Assembly: GCA_965261545.1 (NCBI GenBank)
Contig: CBDHDF010000006.1
Span: forward strand, 128,001-192,000
Source: Bdellovibrionales bacterium
GTDB lineage: Bacteria > Bdellovibrionota > Bdellovibrionia > Bdellovibrionales > UBA1609
DNA: 64,000 bases
Direction: 5' to 3'
Position numbers and translations under genes: made by a program. The notes beneath the pieces were generated by a model. That model searched no databases and had not been told where the DNA came from. It saw nothing but the letters and a program-made list of their open reading frames with translations. This document shows, piece by piece, positions 56,606 through 64,000 of this stretch; the stretch's first letter is position 1, and each line of letters opens with the position of its first letter.

Positions 56606-58720
56606 ATGGTTCACAAAAACTGGGAATTAGAAAACGTCAGAAATATTGGAATTTCTGCACATATTGACTCAGGCAAGACAACATTGACCGAACGCATCTT
56701 ATACTACACAGGAGAAATTCACGCTATTCACGATGTACGTGGCAAGGATGGTGTAGGAGCTAAGATGGACTCCATGGAGCTTGAAAAGGAGCGAGGGATT
56801 ACCATTCAGTCCGCAGCCACCAACGTACAGTGGAAAGACTTGGAGATCAATATTATCGATACGCCCGGTCATGTCGACTTCACCATTGAAGTGGAAAGGG
56901 CCCTTCGAGTGCTTGATGGAGCCATCCTCGTTCTTTGTGGAGTTGCAGGGGTTCAATCCCAGTCCATCACAGTGGATCGCCAGATGCGCCGCTACAGTGT
57001 CCCTCGACTTGCCTTTGTCAATAAGCTCGATCGTTCGGGGGCCAATCCCTTTCGAGTGAGAGATTCCCTTCGAGAAAAGCTTAAGCTCAATGCTGTGATG
57101 GTACAAATTCCTATTGGTCTTGAGGAGAACCACCAAGGAGCTGTCGATCTTGTCTCCATGAGAGCCTATATCTTTTCTGGAGACAATGGTGAAAAAATAA
57201 CAGAAAGCGAAATTCCTGAAGAACTTATGGAAGAGGCAAAAAAGTATCGAGCTGAACTCATCGGGGCCGCCGCAGATTTTGATGATGAACTCGGCGAAAA
57301 GTTCATCATGGAAGAAGAGCCCACCGAAGAGGAACTCCACAGAGCTATTCGCAATGGAGTCTTATCTTTGAAGATGGTCCCTGTTTTTTGTGGCTCCGCT
57401 TACAAGAACAAGGGGGTTCAACTCCTCCTCGACGCCGTGGACAGATACCTGCCCAACCCTAAAGAAATACGCAACGAGGCTCTCAACCAAGATGACAAAG
57501 AGGCCAAGGTTACTTTGAGTACAGACTCCGAGGCTCCTCTTGTGGCGCTGGCCTTTAAACTTGAGGATGGTCGCTTCGGCCAACTCACTTACATGAGAAT
57601 TTATCAAGGAACCATGAGGAAAGGTAATTTTATCTACAATGTTTCAGACAATAAAAAGAAAGTCAAAGTGCCTCGATTGGTGCGAATGAGTTCTGACGAC
57701 ATGGAAGACATCGAAATTGCCCATGCAGGTGATATTGTGGCCCTCTTTGGCGTTCACTGCGCCTCAGGAGATACATTTACAGATGGCAAGGTCAACTACA
57801 CTATGACTTCTATGTTTGTCCCCGACCCTGTGATCTCCCTTGCCATCGTCCCCAAGGAGAAGTCTCAAGCAGATAATTTTTCTAAAGCCTTGCAAAAGTT
57901 TCGACGTGAGGATCCCACCTTTAGGGTTCACCGCGATGAGGAGTCCAATGAAACAATTATCTCAGGTATGGGTGAACTCCACCTCGAAGTTTATGTGGAG
58001 CGCATGAAGCGGGAGTTCAAATGTGACGTGGCGACAGGACAGCCTCAAGTGGCTTACCGCGAAACCATTGGTCAAGCTGCCGACTACGACTACACCCATA
58101 AGAAGCAAACAGGTGGTGCGGGTCAGTTTGCGAAAATTGTTGGTAGGATTGAGCCCATCCCCGTGGAAATTGAAGAAACCTATCAATTTGAAAACAATAT
58201 TAAGGGTGGAAATATTCCCCGTGAATACATCCCGGCCTGTGAAAAAGGTTTTAAAGAACAAATGGCCAAAGGCACATTGATTGGTTATCCCATTGTCAAC
58301 GTCAAGGTCTACCTCGATGATGGAGCCTATCACGATGTAGATTCCAGTGAAATGGCCTTTCGTATTTGCTCCATGGCAGCTTTTCGACAAGCCTATGAAA
58401 AGGCACGCCCCACAGCTCTTGAGCCATTGATGAAGCTTGAAGTGTCGGCTCCTGAAGAATTCCAGGGAAACATAATGGGTCAAGTGAATCAACGACGGGG
58501 AATTATTTCTGGCACCCAAACCGTTGAAGGATTTGTCACTGTGGAGGCCGAGGTCCCCTTATCTGAAATGTTTGGCTATGCCACAGACCTGCGCTCAGCT
58601 ACTCAAGGCAAAGGTGAATTTACCATGGAGTTTTCCCGCTACAATGCCACTCCTAGAAATATTCAAGGCGATCTCGCCAAGGAGTTTCAGAAAAAGAAAG
58701 AAGAAGAGGCAAAGAAATGA
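56606..58720 (+). CDS. fusA: elongation factor G (stand-alone copy outside str operon)
   Basis: [41 protein letters not shown]. Confidence 0.97.
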   Translation: MVHKNWELENVRNIGISAHIDSGKTTLTERILYYTGEIHAIHDVRGKDGVGAKMDSMELEKERGITIQSAATNVQWKDLEINIIDTPGHVDFTIEVERALRVLDGAILVLCGVAGVQSQSITVDRQMRRYSVPRLAFVNKLDRSGANPFRVRDSLREKLKLNAVMVQIPIGLEENHQGAVDLVSMRAYIFSGDNGEKITESEIPEELMEEAKKYRAELIGAAADFDDELGEKFIMEEEPTEEELHRAIRNGVLSLKMVPVFCGSAYKNKGVQLLLDAVDRYLPNPKEIRNEALNQDDKEAKVTLSTDSEAPLVALAFKLEDGRFGQLTYMRIYQGTMRKGNFIYNVSDNKKKVKVPRLVRMSSDDMEDIEIAHAGDIVALFGVHCASGDTFTDGKVNYTMTSMFVPDPVISLAIVPKEKSQADNFSKALQKFRREDPTFRVHRDEESNETIISGMGELHLEVYVERMKREFKCDVATGQPQVAYRETIGQAADYDYTHKKQTGGAGQFAKIVGRIEPIPVEIEETYQFENNIKGGNIPREYIPACEKGFKEQMAKGTLIGYPIVNVKVYLDDGAYHDVDSSEMAFRICSMAAFRQAYEKARPTALEPLMKLEVSAPEEFQGNIMGQVNQRRGIISGTQTVEGFVTVEAEVPLSEMFGYATDLRSATQGKGEFTMEFSRYNATPRNIQGDLAKEFQKKKEEEAKK

Positions 58721-58802
58721 GACTTCTCCACTGGCTAGAGAATTTCAAATTAAAGAAGTTCAGAAAAAAGAAAGGGGAAGAGAGAAAGAAGGAGACAGCC
58801 CA

Positions 58803-59363
58803 GTGATACTCTCCGACCAGACCATCAAAGAAATGATTGATTTAGACACTCTCCAAGTAAGCCCCCTTCAGGAGGAATCTATTCAGTCCTCTTCTTTAGA
58901 CTGTCATTTGGGCTCTCATTACCTTGTCATCGAAGATCGCAACATGACAGCCATAGATATGAACTCTGAAATTATATACAGAACCATTGAAGATAAAAAA
59001 ATCACCATTCCTCCCCACTCTTTTCTTCTGGCTACTACGGAAGAGTACATTAAGCTTCCCAACCACCTGACAGCTTTTGTAGAGGGGCGCAGTTCTATTG
59101 GACGCATGGGTCTTTTTATCCAAAATGCAGGTTGGGTCGACCCTGGTTTTGAAGGTCGAATCACCCTAGAACTTTACAACGCCAATTCGCTGCCCATTCT
59201 ATTGGAGTCGGGAAGACGAATTTGTCAGTTGGTTTTTTGCCAAATGGATAAACCCAGTCTTCACCCCTACCGGGGGAAATACCAAGGGCAAAGTGTGACA
59301 ACAGGGAGTCGAGCCTTTGAGGATAGGGAGTCCTCTTATAAGCAAAAGAAAGCTTCCCAGTGA
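58803..59363 (+). CDS. dcd: dCTP deaminase
   Basis: ILSD, EGRSSIGRMGL, AGWVDPGFEGRITLE, YRGKYQGQ; GTG start after AAGGAG. Confidence 0.93.
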   Translation: MILSDQTIKEMIDLDTLQVSPLQEESIQSSSLDCHLGSHYLVIEDRNMTAIDMNSEIIYRTIEDKKITIPPHSFLLATTEEYIKLPNHLTAFVEGRSSIGRMGLFIQNAGWVDPGFEGRITLELYNANSLPILLESGRRICQLVFCQMDKPSLHPYRGKYQGQSVTTGSRAFEDRESSYKQKKASQ

Positions 59364-59414
59364 AGTTTACCAAATGGTCATGGCTCACCCCGTTTATAGG
59401 GTGGCAAATCTCCA

Positions 59415-59453
59415 ACTCCCCCATTGAGGCATTGGGAGGCTCAATGGGGGAGT
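59415..59453. terminator. strong hairpin downstream of dcd
   Basis: 14-bp perfect stem ACTCCCCCATTGAG / CTCAATGGGGGAGT; no clear U-tract. Confidence 0.5.
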
Positions 59454-60042
59454 GTCAGAGAACAAAAAATGGGCCTTTCTGGATAGGAACTAGCTAGTTC
59501 CTGTCCAGGGAAGAAAGTTAAGTAGTTTTAAGTATTTACATGCCTTCCCTTTAGATTTTATGCTTTAAAATGGAGTCCATCAAACATAATCCGTGTAAAT
59601 TCAGTTACTTACATAAAACGGAAAAATAAAATAAGTTCCCCCCCCTCTCTTGACGAACCTTTCACAGCCCCTCCCTTTCAGTGACTTATGTGGCTATCAA
59701 CTGGTTACTTGATATGAGAGGAAGAGTTGGATCAACCTGTGTTTCCACCGTGGTGATTTCAAACCTCCTTCAGGGAAATAACATTACGTTGCGCATCAAC
59801 TTCAAAAAATACTTGACGTGTTTTTTCAGAGAAATAATTTTTGATATTTTATTCTTCATTTATTTTTTATGTAGGTTTTAGGAGGCGTGGGAACCTCTCT
59901 ATGAGGTAGAATTCTTATCCATGTTCTCCGAGAACCTCTCTGATTTTTTTCTTCTTAAAAGACATCCTTGCTCACTTTTTTCCCTCAAAAAAACGTATGT
60001 TAATATAAAAATTAAAGAGAAACTTTCACCAAAGGGGGGACT

Positions 60043-60359
60043 ATGCGCCATTTGAAGAAGACACAGTTGGGACTCTTTTCCCAATATCCTAACCACCAAC
60101 TCAGTACAGAATTGCAGCAAATTAATAACATCATTGATCGCCATCCAGAGTTTGCCCATATGGTTCATGAAGACCTTGTTAAAGAAAAGAAAGATTCTGG
60201 TGATATTGGTATGACATCGGAGCAAGTTCTCAAGGTGGCTATTCTTAAATCCATAAGAGGTCTTTCCTATCGTGCGTTAGCCTTTAATCTTGTCGATTCA
60301 GTATCCACCAGAGCTTTTCTGGGCCTTGAATTGGAAGAAAATTACGCTCACTCCACCTC
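60043..60359 (+). pseudogene. N-terminus of ISNCY-family (ISDol1-like) transposase, interrupted by IS21
   Basis: ELQQINNIID, GMTSEQVLK.AILK..GLSY..LAFNL.DS.S.RAF; GGGGG RBS. Confidence 0.75.
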
Positions 60360-60789
60360 TGTTAGGCGCCAATTAAAATTGGCCATTTTTAGAAGCCGTC
60401 GCCAATGAAAAACGGCCAGTTGATGATGTACTGATTTAGTTATTCTTCGTTCAGAGTTTAGTCAAGTGTCTTTATTTTGCTCATCATTTAACTCGGACTA
60501 TGCCACAAGATTCTGAGGAATGATTTTCTGCCCACCACTTTTGGCATGAACCCAAATGCATCCTTCAGCCCTATGGCAGAGGTAAATGGAGTATTTTTCA
60601 GGATTCCTTGGCGCAGCTAATGTCTAAAGCTCCGCGAGAGTGACGAGCAAATAGTACGGTAAAAGCCAGTTATCCATAAATTTATCCATGGCGACACTGC
60701 GGCTGTGACCCCGATGTCTAGCAACGCAGTGCTGCTGTGGATAAATTTTGTGGATAACTGGCGAGTTCCTTCCCCAAAAGTGGGGATCT

Positions 60790-61573
60790 CTAATGAACTT
60801 CTTTGGTTGAACTTTCCTCTTTGCTCTGTTTAGACTTGGCTTTTGCCGATTCGGTTCTCCAACTTTCTTTTCCTTCAATGTTGAGGGTTTCACAGTTGTG
60901 AATGATTCGATCAACAGCAGCAGCGGTGGTAATAGGGTTAAGAAACACCTTATCCCATTCAGAGTATGTTAAGTTTGTAGTGATCATGAGACTTTTCCTT
61001 TCATATCGCTGAGATATGAATTGAAAGAAAAGATCTGCCCCCTCTGTGCAGGAAGCTGTATAGCCAAGTTCATCACAAGCAATTAAGATCAAAACGGTCT
61101 AATTTCTTAAAAAGAGCATTCAATGAGAGTTCTTTCTTGCTTTCACGCATTGTTTCAATAAGTTCATGAGTGGTGACCCATAAACATCGATAGCCTTGTT
61201 CACAGAGTGAACGAACTAGGGACATGGCCAAATGACTTTTCCCCATTCCAAAGCTTCCGTAAAACACAACATTACAGGCTTTTCTGACCCACTCTCCCTC
61301 TGCCATCCAATTAATTTGCTGAGCTGTCACTCCCGTTCTTTTCTGGAAGTTATAAGTTTGGAGTGATTTAAGTTGAGGAAGCTTGGCCCCCTTAAGCAAT
61401 CTTTTCACTCTCTGGGAATGCTTGTCAGCAAGCTCATTTTGAACGAGTATACCTAAATACTGTTCATACGTCTTTTTTGTTTTTTCGGCAACTCTAGCCG
61501 TTGCAACATATTCATCCGCCATCGCTGGAAGTCGGAGTTTTTTAAGAGAACCTATAAGTTCTTCGTGATTCAT
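60790..61573 (-). pseudogene. istB: IS21 helper ATPase IstB, frameshifted near 61085
   Basis: GSFGMGKSHLA Walker A in one frame; CDELGY, ITTN, AVDRIIH, ESWR in the next. Confidence 0.88.
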
Positions 61574-63039
61574 TAAGAACCTCCTATGTTTGGAACAAGA
61601 CTGTCATATTGAGACAATCTAGGTTGAAGTGGTTTTTGTTGGTCATTCAAATTAATTTTGGTGGGATTGCCTAAGAGCAAATCTTTTATGGATTTAAAGT
61701 CGAAAATCTCACGACTTTCTAATTGAAGCTCCATGGCTGTAGATAAGTCCTGCCAACTCACATGCTGAATCAAGTTGATAACTCTTAAATATTCATGCTC
61801 GGCACGGCTTGAATCTTGTTGCTTGAGGTATTGATAAAAATTTTCAAACACATTTGTTGGAAAAAGAATGGATCGGTGAGCCCATCTTACCATGGCTTGC
61901 GGCTTACGAACTAAAGAGGGAAGGATATGTTCAAGAAGAAGACTATGCTCCCCATCAGGTTTTCTTTGATGGCGAGCGACAATTTCTTGCTTCCCTCCTG
62001 CACGATAGATCGTGACATGATAGGGACCCTGTACGGTTTTACAGGGAGATTGGATCACCTCATCAGGTATGGAATATGTGGTTTTACCTATTCTCAAAGT
62101 CCCATAACCATTACTTTGACAAATATTCACCTTACAGAGAATATCTTCATCTCGTGGAGGCAAAGGCTTAAGAACTTTGGCCTCCTCCTCAAAGCGAGAT
62201 TTGGTGGAGTCACTCTGATGCTGATCCATATAAGACTCTAAAAACTGATTCAAATGATCCCAGTCTTTAAAAACAATTCCTTTGTTTCTAACAATATTTT
62301 TTATCCGAGAACTGAAGGTTCGAATATCACGCTCCACATCTCCCTTGTCAGAGCCCTTCCCTGCGCGGCAGGGAAGAACCTTAAATCCATAGTATTGGAT
62401 GGCTCGATCAAAAGATTGGGTGTAAATTCGCTGATTTCCTTTAAGAACTTTCTTCACACAGGGAGATAAATTATCAATACGGATGTTCGCACTCATCCCA
62501 CCTATCTTTTCAAAAAAAGCATGCACCCCATCGATGAAACACTCATAGACAAGAAAGGGGTAGGCACGAACCCAACAGGTGCCACTACAAGGCAATGTTC
62601 CAAAATGGAGATGAACGATCTGAACACCATCGGCAAATGGTAAAGCAACCTTCTCCTTAAAATCAAACTGAGCCTGTTCTCCAGGATCATATCTTTGGCT
62701 GAAAAAACGCTCCTTGGGGCGAGAACCAAGAATCTCACAAACTCTTCTCTGAACCGTTCTCTCACTCCCACGATAACCCTCCTCAACTAATAGCTCATAT
62801 ATTTCACGGGCGGTGTTACTTGGGTTCAACTTCAAAAAGTACTTCACCCGATCCATATATCCATTAAGGGGATCTGGGCGAGTTCTTTTGGACCTCGCCT
62901 TGTACTTCGGTGGGGTGTTGGACTTACAGTACTTGCGCACCGTCTTACGATTGATCCCTAATTCACGAGATATTTCTGTCTTATTTTTACCACTGTGACT
63001 CAGGTCACGAATGCGGCCGAAAGTGTATTGACTAATCAT
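61573..63039 (-). CDS. istA: IS21 transposase IstA
   Basis: HTH ISRELGINRKTVRKY, PGEQAQFDF, IRIDN, DKGDVE; ATG 63039 after AGGAGGA. Confidence 0.92.
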   Translation of the reverse strand: MISQYTFGRIRDLSHSGKNKTEISRELGINRKTVRKYCKSNTPPKYKARSKRTRPDPLNGYMDRVKYFLKLNPSNTAREIYELLVEEGYRGSERTVQRRVCEILGSRPKERFFSQRYDPGEQAQFDFKEKVALPFADGVQIVHLHFGTLPCSGTCWVRAYPFLVYECFIDGVHAFFEKIGGMSANIRIDNLSPCVKKVLKGNQRIYTQSFDRAIQYYGFKVLPCRAGKGSDKGDVERDIRTFSSRIKNIVRNKGIVFKDWDHLNQFLESYMDQHQSDSTKSRFEEEAKVLKPLPPRDEDILCKVNICQSNGYGTLRIGKTTYSIPDEVIQSPCKTVQGPYHVTIYRAGGKQEIVARHQRKPDGEHSLLLEHILPSLVRKPQAMVRWAHRSILFPTNVFENFYQYLKQQDSSRAEHEYLRVINLIQHVSWQDLSTAMELQLESREIFDFKSIKDLLLGNPTKINLNDQQKPLQPRLSQYDSLVPNIGGS

Positions 63040-63164
63040 AAGATCCTCCTCATTGCTAACCTTTTGAGTTGCAAGAGGGAGGGACTCTGTGAGCTTAGTA
63101 TCTATATCAGAAGAAGAGACTTCATTGTCTAGTATTTGAACACTCCCTGAAGATTGGTCACTTT

Positions 63165-63539
63165 TCATTGGCGACAACCTCCATATTGAAAGTGGGACAT
63201 TTTAATTGGCGACGGCTTTAAGGGAAGCCTGTCTTTAGAAAGAAATTCCATGAAAATTGAGGCAAATGTTGGAATCTTGTGGAATTTAAATACTTTAGAA
63301 AATGGGCACAGCCTAAACAGGCTTTTCTTGACTATATATTTAACCTCATTGAAATCCAGAAACAGTCTACAAATGACAAATATGGAACCTGAATAGGCTG
63401 TCATGGAAGGACTCTCCAACACGGAGCCCCTTTCCAGGTCGACAAGAACCCAAAAGGAGTTCTTATCAGCTCGGAGCCTTTTTATGAGTAATATCAATTG
63501 ATTATATGCGTCTCGGTTGACAATGCCAAAAATCACCAT
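63165..63539 (-). CDS. hypothetical passenger ORF inside IS21 left end
   Basis: 124-aa ORF with AGAGGAGG RBS; no recognisable motif. Confidence 0.45.
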   Translation of the reverse strand: MVIFGIVNRDAYNQLILLIKRLRADKNSFWVLVDLERGSVLESPSMTAYSGSIFVICRLFLDFNEVKYIVKKSLFRLCPFSKVFKFHKIPTFASIFMEFLSKDRLPLKPSPIKMSHFQYGGCRQ

Positions 63540-63610
63540 AGGTCCTCCTCTGAAAAGTGGCCACTTTTCATTGGCGACGGTGGGGCATTTTAATTGTCAG
63601 CTAACAACCT

Positions 63611-64000
63611 CCCGAGTTTGACAGCAGCATCTGCGTTAAAATGCGAAATTTCCAGAAATTGGGGTTGTACTGAAATATAATGGTAGCTGCTGGAAAAATT
63701 AAAATTGACGTAAAAAAAGTGTAGAAAACAAAATAGGATTTTATCGTTTTAAATATTGATATATCATAGAAATATGTAGAAAATATCCTCATGTACATCC
63801 AAACGACTAAAAACTCAAAAGGTCAGTGCTACTACCACCTTGTGGAGTCCTACAGAGAAAAAGGCAAATCCAAAAAACGCATGCTCATGTCCTTAGGTAA
63901 GGCTGGAGAAGGAGGAGAGGATAAGATTAATAGTTTGGCGCAGGCCGTATCCCGCCACCGAGAGCTTCTCACTGTGAGTCAATTGGCTAAGGAGCTTTAC
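63611..64000 (+). mobile_element. IS1634-family element, copy 3 (partial; transposase starts 63791)
   Basis: CCCGAGTTTGACAGCAGCATCTGCGTTAAAATGCG left end; MYIQTTKNSKGQ start matches copies 1 and 2. Confidence 0.95.

Larger units (their letters stand above)
60360..63606 (-). mobile_element. IS21-family element (3247 bp) with extra ORF
   Basis: TGTTAG...CTAACA ends with imperfect IR; repeated GTCGCCAAT(G/T)AAAA boxes at both ends; DR ACCT(C) at 60355-60359 and 63607-63611. Confidence 0.9.

Noticed and set aside
56699..58519. Long antisense ORFs opposite fusA (and similar ones opposite ftsK, groEL, sdhA)
   Set aside because: Typical codon-bias shadows of conserved genes, with no motifs or RBS support.
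58524..58802. N-terminal extension of dcd overlapping fusA
   Set aside because: Out-of-frame overlap with fusA; Dcd homology and RBS point to GTG 58803.

Overview
Chromosomal window from a probable member of the Bdellovibrionota (Bdellovibrionales-like), inferred from the 16S 5' signature, a Bd0055-type bacterial histone, and the gene set. The housekeeping backbone holds the end of pheS, glpD, a MazG-like gene, a full rRNA operon (16S, tRNA-Ile, 23S, 5S), an HtpX-like gene, DUF1844, degP, dnaJ, fliL, ftsK, queE-fis-dnaB, rpsF-DUF2232-rplI, sdhCAB, etfBA, groES-EL, comF, pstB, an splB-like gene, fusA and dcd. Insertion sequences are abundant: a four-level nested stack at 26.4-33.1 kb (three inner elements with intact IRs and target duplications, the innermost carrying a passenger gene), three near-identical IS1634-family copies with very different target-duplication lengths, and a second nest (ISNCY broken by IS21 and IS1634). 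The strongest candidate for an undescribed system is an apparently secreted ~1080-aa fusion of a catalase-related hemoprotein with an alpha-dioxygenase-type heme dioxygenase, a plausible one-gene oxylipin pathway. Other notable items are a wobble-rich 98-nt hairpin inside the IS21, a structured IS leader, a DnaA-box/AT-repeat cluster, and pervasive degenerate micro-duplications in spacers and in frame within proteins. All family assignments come from motif recognition by eye; no database searches were run.
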